Source of the DNA: Nitrospirales bacterium | GTDB lineage: Bacteria; Nitrospirota; Nitrospiria; Nitrospirales; UBA8639 | DNA: 64,000 nt | NCBI GenBank assembly: GCA_965223295.1 | Contig: CBDCWC010000001.1 | Span: forward strand, 1-64,000 | Direction: 5' to 3' | In this document: in pieces, positions 10,579 through 20,699 of the stretch | How the letters are laid out: each line of letters begins with the position of its first letter | Position numbering within the stretch: position 1 is the stretch's first letter | The notes under the pieces: generated by a model | What the model was told of the DNA's origin: nothing | Seen by the model: only the letters and a program-made list of their open reading frames with translations | The model's database searches: none | Made by a program: the position numbers and the translations under genes

Positions 10579-11050
10579 AACCCACTGGCACAAACAACTT
10601 GCACAATTCTTAGCAATTTCACGCTAACCAGCCAAAAGCAACCAAGGAAAACACATACCGCGACTCCTACAAAGTTGTGCAAAAGAATTTACTGTTAAAA
10701 TCATCGACAGCCACACCAGGCAGTAGGTAGCCGACAGTGAAAAATGATGATCTTTGCTGGAGTAAGAGAGAGTTGAAGCAGGAGGAAGGGTTAACGATCC
10801 CGACAATTTAGAAATCGACGAGTCGTATCATTGAGAGAAAAAGGTGAGGATCAAAAGAAGCATTGGCAAGAGGAAAACAAAAAGACCTCAAAAGACAAAA
10901 GAAGCCAACGAAAGATTGAACAAAGAACAGTAGGGGAAAAAACGAAGAAACGCCTGAGTCAGCAGATGCTAGACATGACCCCACAATAGATAGAGATATT
11001 GTGTTGTGGAAGGAGAGCTTTAGACTGCAGAAAGATACGAAGTTTTACCT

Positions 11051-11479
11051 TTAGGAAGACCCCATACTTACACGACCATTAAAGACCCCTCCCGTTTCTA
11101 CTGAGAGCCGAGGAGCACGCATTGTTCCATCAATCAAACCCGGAGCCAACAATTTGATCGATTCATTGGCCACCACATCTCCCTGAACATTCCCTTTACA
11201 AATCACCGCCCCTGCCTCAATCTTTGCCTTTACCACAGCCCGATCTCCGATGACTAACGTCCCTTTCGTATGGACCGTGCCTTCTAATCGTCCGTCTATT
11301 TGTACATTTCCCTCGTACCAAATTTCCCCTATACATTCCACACCAACACCAAAAAAGGCCACCACTTCCTTCTTGGCTTGAAGGACGGGAGTCGGAACTT
11401 GAAACGATTTTTGAGACCCCAAAGAGGTATCCATACTTTGCGTCGGCATCATGACATCCAGTTCACTTGCAACAGCCAT
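11051..11479 (-). CDS. Bactofilin (polymer-forming cytoskeletal protein)
   Basis: Repeating beta-helix pattern GNVQIDGRLEGTV..GTLVIG, VICKGNVQGDV, RLSVETGGVFNG. RBS GAGGAGG. Confidence 0.9.
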   Translation of the reverse strand: MAVASELDVMMPTQSMDTSLGSQKSFQVPTPVLQAKKEVVAFFGVGVECIGEIWYEGNVQIDGRLEGTVHTKGTLVIGDRAVVKAKIEAGAVICKGNVQGDVVANESIKLLAPGLIDGTMRAPRLSVETGGVFNGRVSMGSS

Positions 11480-11873
11480 AGAGTCTCCCTCCTCTTAGGT
11501 ATAAATTCCGCAATCAAATATTATCGCCTAGATGTTTCAAAATATGTGAATCATCTCAGTCGGTTCGTCCTAGCTTACCTGAGTTTTATCCTAAATCAAC
11601 CATTTTCCCACAGCAATCATGCTGGCAGGTCTATCGCTATTGTAGTCTGCACCAATAGTGAGATCTAAAGAATAAAGCCTTCACAAAGTTTTCTCTGCCT
11701 TCTACTTCCAAAGACATCGATACTATCAAAAAACTCTATCACCTGATTCTAACTACTCCACCCCCCCCCTCGAATGGGGAAGACCGACACCATAGGTGGA
11801 GGTGTTACAATGTCGCTTTCAACCACGTTCTTTTATATTTTCTAGCCGTTACCGAAAGCTGCCACTGTTATAC

Positions 11874-12545
11874 ATGAATTTCTCAAAGTTCCTCTTGCTC
11901 ATCCTGTTAGTCCTGGCCGACGGATGCACAACTCCTGAAACCCGCCGGATTCATCAGACTTTTGACACCTACATGCAAGCGATCCAAGATGATCAGGGCA
12001 TCCTGGCCTATTCTCTCATCGACCGACGAACGAGAAAGTATTGGGATGAGCTCTGCTACAAGGTCGTGTATGCGGAGAAAAAAGACTTTGTTGAGTTCGG
12101 GTTATTTGACAAAATGCAGGTCGTTCTTGCACGCCTCAATATTCCTGATACACACCTCATTAGCATGAATGGACAGGCCCTTTTTGAATATGCCGTGAAT
12201 CAGGGATGGGTAAAAAACGATTCAATACAGACTCTTGGCCTAGGAGAAATTGGGATCAATGGCGACTTTGCAAGCGGCAATGCCATTGCCCGTCCAGAAA
12301 CATCCTCATCGTACCAGTTTCATTTTTACAAAGAGGCTGAAGCTTGGAAGATTGATCTAACAGAACTGCTCAAGATGGCTGAAGCCGTATTGATTCACTA
12401 CCAAGAAGAAAGCGGAACAACTGAGGAAAACTTTATTTTTGAAATCGTGCACATGATTACTGGTAAACCAGTAGACCCGGAAACTATCTATATCGCCCCC
12501 GCTCGTTCTCTCAACAAGTCACTAAACCTACCGAAAGAAACATAA
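11874..12545 (+). CDS. Hypothetical lipoprotein
   Basis: MNFSKFLLLILLVLADGC signal/lipobox-like start within the 249-aa ORF. C-terminal FYKEAEAWKID resembles NTF2-like/lumazine-binding-like folds. Confidence 0.65.
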   Translation: MNFSKFLLLILLVLADGCTTPETRRIHQTFDTYMQAIQDDQGILAYSLIDRRTRKYWDELCYKVVYAEKKDFVEFGLFDKMQVVLARLNIPDTHLISMNGQALFEYAVNQGWVKNDSIQTLGLGEIGINGDFASGNAIARPETSSSYQFHFYKEAEAWKIDLTELLKMAEAVLIHYQEESGTTEENFIFEIVHMITGKPVDPETIYIAPARSLNKSLNLPKET

Positions 12546-12670
12546 GCGTTCTGGTTTTTTTGGCGCAGCCTCTTCCTCTACAAATCGTCAACAGATTTAA
12601 AAAGGTAACCTGAACACCAAGAACAGATTGATGAACATGAATCTCAAAAAATTGTAATATAGTGAAGTTA

Positions 12671-12745
<75 letters not shown>

Positions 12746-12953
12746 ATAACATTTGGCAGGAAGGACAAGGATCTCCGCTCGTTTATACCTTTCGTCATAT
12801 GATATCGTCAACTTAAAATCACGAAGTTCACCACATCAATCACCCACCTTTTCCCTACATTCCCTCCTTTGTTCGTCCATTGACATGGAAAGGAAGATCG
12901 CCTAATTTCCTAGCACAAGCTTCAGACAACATGTAGGAAATACTAGGAAGAAC

Positions 12954-13424
12954 ATGTCGATTGTTTTTGTCAGGACCGCATTTGTATGTATAGGAATCAT
13001 ATTCCTCACGACTTCTGTATATGCGAAATCTGACTTTCGTGTTGAAAAGGTCATTATTGCCAAAGGCGTGAACAATCGAAATCCTCAAGGGATTTTCACT
13101 CCACCAGCGTATTGTGAAAAAGATAAAAACGGCCAAGCCGCCATTCCTGTCGTCAAGGGCTCGAAAACTTCAAAAGTCTTTTTTTGGATCAAAGTGGCCT
13201 CAGCCAAGAGGGGAACCTTGCGGCATAGCTGGCATCACCAAGTTGACGGGACATGGAACAAAGTTTCGGAAGTGAATCTTTCGATTCGTCCTTCGGCAGG
13301 ATACCGAATGTGGAGTTTAAAATCTCTAAAACCTGAAGTACATAAAGGCGAATGGATGGTTGTGGTCGCCCCTTCCAATACACCCGAAGAGATTATTTGT
13401 ATCAGCCGATTTACGGTACAATAA
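12954..13424 (+). CDS. Secreted DUF2914-like Ig-fold protein
   Basis: Signal peptide ending VYA, then IAKGVNNRNP, LRHSWHH, YRMWSLK, GEWMVVV, RFTV. Confidence 0.7.
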   Translation: MSIVFVRTAFVCIGIIFLTTSVYAKSDFRVEKVIIAKGVNNRNPQGIFTPPAYCEKDKNGQAAIPVVKGSKTSKVFFWIKVASAKRGTLRHSWHHQVDGTWNKVSEVNLSIRPSAGYRMWSLKSLKPEVHKGEWMVVVAPSNTPEEIICISRFTVQ

Positions 13425-13520
13425 CCCATCTGTTGGCTTGTAGTGGATTATCTCACTTCCAGACCTCTCAGGGACTCTTGATCATTTTCTCCTGATGCAG
13501 GAATATTTTCTTTTGTTTTG

Positions 13521-14417
13521 ATGCCAGACTCTCCTTCCACAGATTCTGTGAGACTTCTTCCATCCCAACCAAGATTTGAGGCCTTTGCCAATCTTATTCG
13601 ACTTTGGAACCAAACGGGCACTCTTCTTTTGCTCTTTCCTACTTTGTGGTCATTGGTGCTGGCGTCGCATGGGTGGCCATCAATGAGGCTCCTTTTCATT
13701 TTTGTTGCTGGTTCATTTCTTATGCGCAGTGCCGGAGTCATTATGAATGACCTGGCTGATCGTCAATTCGATAGACGGGTCGAGCGCACACGCCACCGTC
13801 CACTTGCTTCAGGACAATTATGTCCTAAACATGCCCTGGGGTTATTAGCCCTCTTACTCACCTGTGCAGCAGGGCTATTATGGTTTCTCAATTCCCTTAC
13901 CTGGCTTCTGAGCCCCGTGGCCTTACTTTTAGCCGGGCTCTATCCCTTCTGTAAGCGGTTTCTACACATCCCACAATTCATTCTTGGCTTGGCATTTGGC
14001 TGGGGCGGGGTGATGGCTTGGGCTGCCGTCCGAAATGACTTAGAACCAGCAACCTGGATATTATTTGCGGCCACTGTTTGTTGGGCCATTGTCTATGACA
14101 CAATTTATGCGATACAAGACAAGGAAGATGATCTGAAAATTGGCGTAAAGTCTTCAGCTATTTTATTTGGAGCCTATACATGGCTGGGTGTTGGATCTGC
14201 GGCCTTCTTTATGCTGACTTTTTTATCCATCGCCGGTGAGGTAAGTAAGTTGGGGCTCCCGTACTTCTTGTGTATTATGTGCATTGCACTTCTTATGGGT
14301 TATCAAGTCATTCTTCTTCGATCAGAGATTACACCTAACCAAGCATTTACACTTTTTAAGCAACATTCTTGGACTGGAGTGATTGTCCTGGTAGGAATAT
14401 TCTTTGGGGTCCGTTAG
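13521..14417 (+). CDS. ubiA: 4-hydroxybenzoate polyprenyltransferase
   Basis: MRSAGVIMNDLADRQFDRRVERTRHRPLASG, YPFCKR, YDTIYAIQDKEDD and multiple TM helices. Confidence 0.92.
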   Translation: MPDSPSTDSVRLLPSQPRFEAFANLIRLWNQTGTLLLLFPTLWSLVLASHGWPSMRLLFIFVAGSFLMRSAGVIMNDLADRQFDRRVERTRHRPLASGQLCPKHALGLLALLLTCAAGLLWFLNSLTWLLSPVALLLAGLYPFCKRFLHIPQFILGLAFGWGGVMAWAAVRNDLEPATWILFAATVCWAIVYDTIYAIQDKEDDLKIGVKSSAILFGAYTWLGVGSAAFFMLTFLSIAGEVSKLGLPYFLCIMCIALLMGYQVILLRSEITPNQAFTLFKQHSWTGVIVLVGIFFGVR

Positions 14418-14494
14418 ATCTGGGGAGACCCTAGAAATACACGCAAAAGATGAAGACCTGGATAGGTAGGGAAAATAGGTGCGACTAAACTAAC

Positions 14495-15529
14495 TTATTC
14501 AGGTTCAGGAACGGGACCATCAGGAATTGGAGCCCGTAAGGTCCCCAAATAGTAGGTAAGGGCTCTCGCATCTCCATCAGAAGCCCCTAAATTTGGCATC
14601 CTTGTATGTTTTTTTATTGCCTGGGGATTTCGAATCCAACGATAGACCCATGTGGGATTTAAGCGAACACCCGCACGATCTAAAGCCGGGCCAACCAACC
14701 CGCCTACATCATTGAGACTATGACATCCATTACATCCATACGTATTGGTATAGAGTTTCTTCCCTAGTTCTACCTGCTGAGTTAAATCTTCTTCAGAAAT
14801 AGAAAGATCAGGACGCTCAATGCGGGTTTTCTTTGGACGCTTGGAAAAATTATCCACGGCCGCTTTTGCTTTTTCATATTTTTCGTTGGCAATAAGGAAA
14901 GTTTCTTCTTCAGGTAACTCAATGTCTTCTGGTTCGTATTCGTCAAGCTGCTCATCAGTTAACGTATCTTCATAAGCCGCCTGCTCGGCTTCCGCTTTTT
15001 CCACTGCTGCCTCATAGCTTGCTTTCGTCGTTTCCATTTCCTGCTGTGCAGTAGCTAAAGCCTCTTCTAACTCTTTTTTGCGGCCAGCCATATCAAAAGT
15101 CAATGACATCCCATGGAGAGTCCGGACATAACCTACAATATTCCAAATTTCTTCCTCGGACAGCGTATATTTAAACGTGGGCATTGTAGGGACTGCAAAG
15201 TAGTTCTCGTCATCCAACACTTCTGGATCTTCCCAATCCCGCATATCACGATAAACCGTATCGAATATTTCTTTGTCACTAAAGGTCGACATTTCTGCAT
15301 TCGAAGCTAAGTTTTTTGGTCTGGGGTCAGGCATGTGGTCCCAATTAAACCCTTCCCCTTGTTGACCAGATTCCCCATGACAATGACTGCAATAATGATG
15401 ATAAAGCTTTTTTCCTTTGGCCGTTCGTTCATCCCCTGCACAGCCAAAAAATAACAGCGTGGAGGCAAACCCCAATAGCGTCAAATGTAGTAAGGCTCTC
15501 GTCATTGTTCCTTTGGCCACCCGTTTCAT
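14495..15529 (-). CDS. Diheme cytochrome c lipoprotein with acidic coiled-coil linker
   Basis: Lipobox FFGC, CSHCH and CNGCH motifs with distal MP motifs. ATG overlaps the upstream TGA. Confidence 0.88.
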   Translation of the reverse strand: MKRVAKGTMTRALLHLTLLGFASTLLFFGCAGDERTAKGKKLYHHYCSHCHGESGQQGEGFNWDHMPDPRPKNLASNAEMSTFSDKEIFDTVYRDMRDWEDPEVLDDENYFAVPTMPTFKYTLSEEEIWNIVGYVRTLHGMSLTFDMAGRKKELEEALATAQQEMETTKASYEAAVEKAEAEQAAYEDTLTDEQLDEYEPEDIELPEEETFLIANEKYEKAKAAVDNFSKRPKKTRIERPDLSISEEDLTQQVELGKKLYTNTYGCNGCHSLNDVGGLVGPALDRAGVRLNPTWVYRWIRNPQAIKKHTRMPNLGASDGDARALTYYLGTLRAPIPDGPVPEPE

Positions 15530-16365
15530 GCTGATTGGCCCTTTCTCAGTTTCCGTACCACAACCCATTCAAAACCTGCAGCGAGAGCAAGGCCAAAAAT
15601 AACCCACCCGAAAATAGAATTATCTGCACTGGGCTCCGCCCGGATCGACCACCAAGAGGAAACCGCTTTCTGACTCCCTTTTTCTTTCACAAGACCACCA
15701 ACCACGGCCCCATCCCAGAAGGCGAAGGCGACACTTCTCCACTCACCTGGCTCTATTTGGACATCCTGCTCATCGTCTGTCTTGAGCGCCCGAGTAAACA
15801 CGACCTTCCAGACACCGCCCTCCCAGGAACCTGTTGCGTTGACATCTTGCTTGTCTTGAGTGGCCAAGGTCTTAAAGCCCTTCGCACTCATGTCCAAGGC
15901 CTTGCCATTTTCTTTTTTCCAAAACCAAATATTGACAGGGCCTCCTTCAACCTGAAGCATGGGTTGCCCATGAGCAAAATGGGCCTTCTTGTCGCCCACC
16001 ATAAATTCTACGGCTGCCGCATCTCCTGGATCTTCAGTCGGATCCTCATACTCCACTAAAATTGCCAGGTTCTGTCCATCATGCAATCCTTTGACCTTCA
16101 CCGATTTGACAGTGACCTCCTGAATACGTTCGGGCCAATGCACTTGGGGAGCTAACTTAAATTCTGACTCTGGCACGGAAGCCCACTGAGCAGAATTTGG
16201 GTCATTCGCAGGAAGACTGCCTTCAACCTGATACAATCTGACTGAGACACTTCCAACCGGTTCGCCTGCTGGTGGCGGGTCACTAGCGAATACACTAGTA
16301 AAACCGAGCATTCCAGATATTCCTACAAAAAGAACTGTCGAAAGGAATCTCAGTCTATTCAGCAT
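15526..16365 (-). CDS. Ethylbenzene dehydrogenase gamma-like (EbdC/NxrC-like, DOMON) heme-b protein with C-terminal anchor
   Basis: Signal peptide, DAAAVEF, HGQPM..GGPVNIWFWK, WKVVFTRAL, VAFAFWDG...KGSQKAVSSW and a C-terminal TM helix. Confidence 0.8.
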   Translation of the reverse strand: MLNRLRFLSTVLFVGISGMLGFTSVFASDPPPAGEPVGSVSVRLYQVEGSLPANDPNSAQWASVPESEFKLAPQVHWPERIQEVTVKSVKVKGLHDGQNLAILVEYEDPTEDPGDAAAVEFMVGDKKAHFAHGQPMLQVEGGPVNIWFWKKENGKALDMSAKGFKTLATQDKQDVNATGSWEGGVWKVVFTRALKTDDEQDVQIEPGEWRSVAFAFWDGAVVGGLVKEKGSQKAVSSWWSIRAEPSADNSIFGWVIFGLALAAGFEWVVVRKLRKGQSA

Positions 16366-16417
16366 ATTTGTTTCTCCACACATACACCGTTCTCAATTAA
16401 CGGACGAGCCACAGTTA

Positions 16418-17143
16418 TTATTCTTCTTCTTCCCACGTCCTGGGAGACTGATGTGCCCCATCATATTCGCCCATAATAATTTTCCAAATAAATTCATCTG
16501 GCAACTCCACTTCCCAGCGCGGCATAGCCGACTTCCAGGGCATGCCCTCTACGGGTAATCCAACACCACCTTTTTTGATCCGCCAGAATAAATAGGATTC
16601 CTGTAACTGAGCAATGGTCCCAGGATCGGCAAAATTTGCCGGAGGAGGATTGAACCCTGGTGCAGCAGGTCCCTTCCCGTCAAAATTCGCTCCATGACAA
16701 GGCGAACAATATGCTGCATAGAGTCCCTTCCCCATATTAATATTGGCTTCATTATTTTGATACGGATTTGCTAATCCCACAAATTCTCCAGGTGGGGCTG
16801 GGTGAATGGTTCTATTTTCTGCCGGAGGAAGATCACTGGGGGCTAAACGTGTATAGGTTTGCCAACCCACCAATAACGGGAAAAGCACCAACACGGCCAA
16901 TCGCGCCATCTGTCCAATCCCTGACTGCCCCTCCCCAGCTAAAAACCGAAAAACAGGTCCCATGAGGGCCTCTAACGAAGAAGCGCTCATCGTGCCATAA
17001 ATCATGATGCCACTTAATGTGAGGGCTAAATACAAATAGATCAAACTGGCTGGCAATGGGGCTGTGACTAACGGGAGAAGAAACTTCAGGAAGATAAACA
17101 TCCCGACCATCAAAATTGCCCCGCTCGCAATTGGACCTCTCAT
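16418..17143 (-). CDS. Membrane-anchored monoheme cytochrome c
   Basis: Three N-terminal TM helices, CSPCH, SYLFWRIKKGG, SAMPRW. Confidence 0.88.
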   Translation of the reverse strand: MRGPIASGAILMVGMFIFLKFLLPLVTAPLPASLIYLYLALTLSGIMIYGTMSASSLEALMGPVFRFLAGEGQSGIGQMARLAVLVLFPLLVGWQTYTRLAPSDLPPAENRTIHPAPPGEFVGLANPYQNNEANINMGKGLYAAYCSPCHGANFDGKGPAAPGFNPPPANFADPGTIAQLQESYLFWRIKKGGVGLPVEGMPWKSAMPRWEVELPDEFIWKIIMGEYDGAHQSPRTWEEEE

Positions 17144-17176
17144 ATTGTTCCTCCTGTGTTCCGGTTCCCCATCTTC

Positions 17177-17827
17177 CTATCGAGCAACCATTGCACGTTC
17201 TTCCTCCACCGATTCGACCGAATGGGAATCAGTAATTGAGGCAACCTCCACCTCTTCGGTCTCTTCCTCATCCGGTTCCATAATATCTTCAACTTTGACG
17301 CTGATTGGTTCCCCACTCATTTTTTGAAGGAACGCAATCACAGAATAAATTTCCGGCTTGGTCAGCCCAATGGGATCTTTATCAATATGCGGCATTCGTG
17401 CGGGATATTCTTCAGGTTTTGTCGCATGACGAAAATCCAAATAAATATAGGCCTGTGGCTTTGTCAGACTTTCATAAATAAATTCAGCAGAGAGCTTTGC
17501 CCCAATGCCATTTAAATCTGGACAACGAGCGGATTCACTTGGCCCAATGGAATGACACAATGCGCATTGGCCTTTACTGAAAAAGATTTTTTGCCCAATT
17601 GAAGCTAAATCGCTTGGAGTCTTTACTTCCGCCAGATCAAACGTTTCTATAGCTGGCGGGAGAGATGCCATTTGCGGAACCCCTAAGGCAATCAAGCTAA
17701 ACAACCCCAACACCATGGCCACAAACCCCAGAACACGAGTAAACATGCCTTTGATAAACAATAGGATAAGAATCCCGACACCAACGACGCACAGACCGAT
17801 TATTTGAAGTAACGCAACTTCACTCAT
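17177..17827 (-). CDS. Membrane-anchored monoheme cytochrome c
   Basis: Two TM helices, GQCALCH, RCPDL, RMP. Confidence 0.88.
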   Translation of the reverse strand: MSEVALLQIIGLCVVGVGILILLFIKGMFTRVLGFVAMVLGLFSLIALGVPQMASLPPAIETFDLAEVKTPSDLASIGQKIFFSKGQCALCHSIGPSESARCPDLNGIGAKLSAEFIYESLTKPQAYIYLDFRHATKPEEYPARMPHIDKDPIGLTKPEIYSVIAFLQKMSGEPISVKVEDIMEPDEEETEEVEVASITDSHSVESVEEERAMVAR

Positions 17828-17833
17828 GATGCC

Positions 17834-19711
17834 TCACTTATGGTTTTCGAGGACCCCAGATCCAGTAGTTTCAGTGGCACTTGGTGCTCCGCCAGCCATT
17901 GCTGGAGCGCCCCCAACAGGCAATGGTGCTTTGGCTTGCTGAGCTTTTGCCTTATCTCCCAATGTCGCTACCCAAAAGATAAATGCGACCAACAAACAAT
18001 AGACAAATGTATTGAGCGACATAAATGCCGCAGCATACCCCAGAGCTGGGGAATAGGCATACTCCGAGGTATCGCGCATAACCCCATAGATATGCCAGTG
18101 AACACGAGAAGAAGATCGTGCATATCCCATGAGAGACATCAAGAGAATAACCATCACGGCGTTCAGGACTAAACTGTATCCTGCGCGTATTGGCATTTGT
18201 CCCCAGACCATTTCAGTTGTTGTCTTTGCACTCTTCATTAACAATGCCGTTAACGGTGTAAACGTAATCATAATAAACAAGACAATGAGCACCTGGGCCA
18301 CGGAGAAGTAATTGATTCGGATAATGGCCGGGACGAAATAGCCCCACACACCCAGGACAATCACGGCAATTCCACCAATGACAAGCAGAGCCCCCATAAT
18401 AGCTTTTGCCGCTTTGGCCCATCCGGCCGTCTCCTGTTTCCCCGCACGCCAATACATAATAAAACTCATAAAGGTCACAAGAATCATGAGATTCGACACG
18501 GTCATCTTGGCCGACATTACCCCGAAGACTCCCAGCAGAGGGTGATGAGTCCCTCCCATTTTCTGGGCTTCTGCCAAACTTGCAACCAGAGAATGCGGAG
18601 TCATCCATACGCCGAGACAGAGTAAGAGAACGACGAGCATGGCCATAATAGGTTTCTTATAGGCGTTTTCAGACCCAGGTATCCTATAGGTAATACCCAT
18701 CCAGAAATAATAGTTGGCACCCAAAAAAAGAACACCAATTAACATCGCCTGGAGAATAAACAGCCATGCTAAAAATCCACCCATCAGAGTAATGCCCATT
18801 TGCTGGTTGTACTGATAGACCTCACGCATCAGCCAATAGCCAGCAAAGGGAAGGGGTAACATTCCAAATACTCCAATAAAGTTCCCGACGTAACCCATCC
18901 AGTCGTAATGCTCCCGCTCTTCACGTGAAACGGCTAGGAGATACCGGATCCCAGCATAGGCACCAACGATGAACCCGCCTAACACCACGTTGGCAATCAG
19001 GCGATGAATATTTACCGGCCACCAAGTGGGGTTATGCATGGCAGCCCATGCTCGTGTCCACGCGTCCCCATCAGCCACCACGACAGGACTGGCCTGGAAG
19101 GTAGCCCAAGAATTGGGAACAATCATAATGCCAATAGCAAACAGATTCAGAAGAAAGCCCAAAAATAAATGAAAGACTTTCTTATTCCCCTGCATATAAT
19201 CCCAACCGTACCAATACATATACAGAGTCGCGGTCTCAGCTAAGAACAGTAAGCAGTAGATGAGGAACGATGGGAAAAACATATCTGTCAAATAGGCCAT
19301 TAACTTTGGATATAAGCCAATGAGCAAAAACAACAGGATGCCCCCAAAAAGAGCTGTAGTGGCATAAGCCGAGGTGAGAAGTTTCGTAAACTCTTTGGCT
19401 AATTTGTCATAGCGAGCTTCTTTAGTTTTCCAGCCAACTAACTCGCAGACCCAACCAAAAATTGGCACGCCCAACACGAATCCGGCCAACAACAAATGTT
19501 GTTGGGCAACCACCCACACCAAGTTTCGGGCCCCAATACCCGGGACATCACGATACTCCACCGACATGGCTTTCGTATCTGCACCTGCTGCCATGGCAAT
19601 GACTGGAAGTAATAATACAGAAAGGAAACTCACCCACTTAAAAATAGAAGGCATTTTTTCCAGGAGACGCATCTGGCTGGATGATTCTATGTGGTTGGCC
19701 GCTTTCATCAT
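17834..19711 (-). CDS. Cytochrome bd-like oxidase subunit (CydA-like), copy A
   Basis: Polytopic membrane protein with CydA-type QQHLLLAGFVLGVP, AETATLYMYWYGW and NIHRLIAN. Extra histidines in MTPH, THHP and VHWH. Confidence 0.82.
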   Translation of the reverse strand: MMKAANHIESSSQMRLLEKMPSIFKWVSFLSVLLLPVIAMAAGADTKAMSVEYRDVPGIGARNLVWVVAQQHLLLAGFVLGVPIFGWVCELVGWKTKEARYDKLAKEFTKLLTSAYATTALFGGILLFLLIGLYPKLMAYLTDMFFPSFLIYCLLFLAETATLYMYWYGWDYMQGNKKVFHLFLGFLLNLFAIGIMIVPNSWATFQASPVVVADGDAWTRAWAAMHNPTWWPVNIHRLIANVVLGGFIVGAYAGIRYLLAVSREEREHYDWMGYVGNFIGVFGMLPLPFAGYWLMREVYQYNQQMGITLMGGFLAWLFILQAMLIGVLFLGANYYFWMGITYRIPGSENAYKKPIMAMLVVLLLCLGVWMTPHSLVASLAEAQKMGGTHHPLLGVFGVMSAKMTVSNLMILVTFMSFIMYWRAGKQETAGWAKAAKAIMGALLVIGGIAVIVLGVWGYFVPAIIRINYFSVAQVLIVLFIMITFTPLTALLMKSAKTTTEMVWGQMPIRAGYSLVLNAVMVILLMSLMGYARSSSRVHWHIYGVMRDTSEYAYSPALGYAAAFMSLNTFVYCLLVAFIFWVATLGDKAKAQQAKAPLPVGGAPAMAGGAPSATETTGSGVLENHK

Positions 19712-19814
19712 TAGGCCCCCTTCAGTCGGTCATTTTGAAGCATGAAAACTTGTTTCGCATACTTATAACGCATGCCATAATCCTCTTACTAGCCAAAATG
19801 TCTCGTCTTTTGTA

Positions 19815-20693
19815 TTATTTTTTCGTTTCAGGTTGAGCATCTTTAGTTTTCGGTTCTGCTGCCTTTTCATCTTTGGAATCTTTTGGCTCGTCACCCTTTT
19901 CTTCTTCAAGCTTTTTGACAACTAACTCAGCTTTGACCAAGACCTTCTCAGCTTCTTTTAAGACTTTTTTAGGCTCTACTTTCACTTCTTGAGTACCAGA
20001 GAAAATAAATTCATATTCTTCATGGGGATGAGGAGTTGATGGAGGCAATAAAGCCCAGAAAACGAAGACCAAGACCACGCCAGCACCCGTAAACGCAGTC
20101 AAGAGTAGCGGCTGATCTGCGGGAATGCGAAGACCATCCCAAAAACTTGCTCGTTCTTCCTCTGTTCCATCCAAAGGTTTGGCATTTCTCACAAATGGTT
20201 GAGTCAGCCATCCTAAGCCATATAGCCACCCCAAAATACAAAGAATCAGGACCGCTGAAGATACGGTTCCCCACATCACAAGTTCAATTGTTATTTGTTC
20301 AGCGACCGGTAGTGTCGGCCAGATACTCTCTTTGACGGAATGAATAATACTAGATGTGACAGATTTTGCCACCCCAGTTACACCCGAAACGATCATTTTG
20401 ATTAATGGCAACGCAATAGCAGAAAAAACCGCCCAGCGAAGCCAAAGGCTAGGGGCAAACCCAGGTTGAGGGTCAACTTTCAGACGATCAATAAATACCG
20501 TTCTGGCACAAAGACCTAAAGCCCAAATGTCTATTGGAATTGAAATAAGTAACAGGAGAAATAAGCCCGAACCCTCCCAAGGATGCATATGTGCGGCCAG
20601 CATCAAGAGAGCAAAGGCCAACTTAATAGGAAACCCGGTCCAAAATGTGGGCCAAAAAACAAGAAGGCCCAATTTAATATTCGACATCGTCAT
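19815..20693 (-). CDS. Hypothetical polytopic membrane protein in the respiratory cluster
   Basis: About five TM segments, PHPHEEY motif and a charged C-terminal tail. Closely linked to cytochrome b. Confidence 0.75.
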   Translation of the reverse strand: MTMSNIKLGLLVFWPTFWTGFPIKLAFALLMLAAHMHPWEGSGLFLLLLISIPIDIWALGLCARTVFIDRLKVDPQPGFAPSLWLRWAVFSAIALPLIKMIVSGVTGVAKSVTSSIIHSVKESIWPTLPVAEQITIELVMWGTVSSAVLILCILGWLYGLGWLTQPFVRNAKPLDGTEEERASFWDGLRIPADQPLLLTAFTGAGVVLVFVFWALLPPSTPHPHEEYEFIFSGTQEVKVEPKKVLKEAEKVLVKAELVVKKLEEEKGDEPKDSKDEKAAEPKTKDAQPETKK

Positions 20694-20699
20694 GAGCGT

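Noticed and set aside
10585-10603. Plus-strand TGGCAC...TTGCA as a second sigma-54 promoter
   Set aside because: Spacing is GG-N12-GC rather than the required N10.
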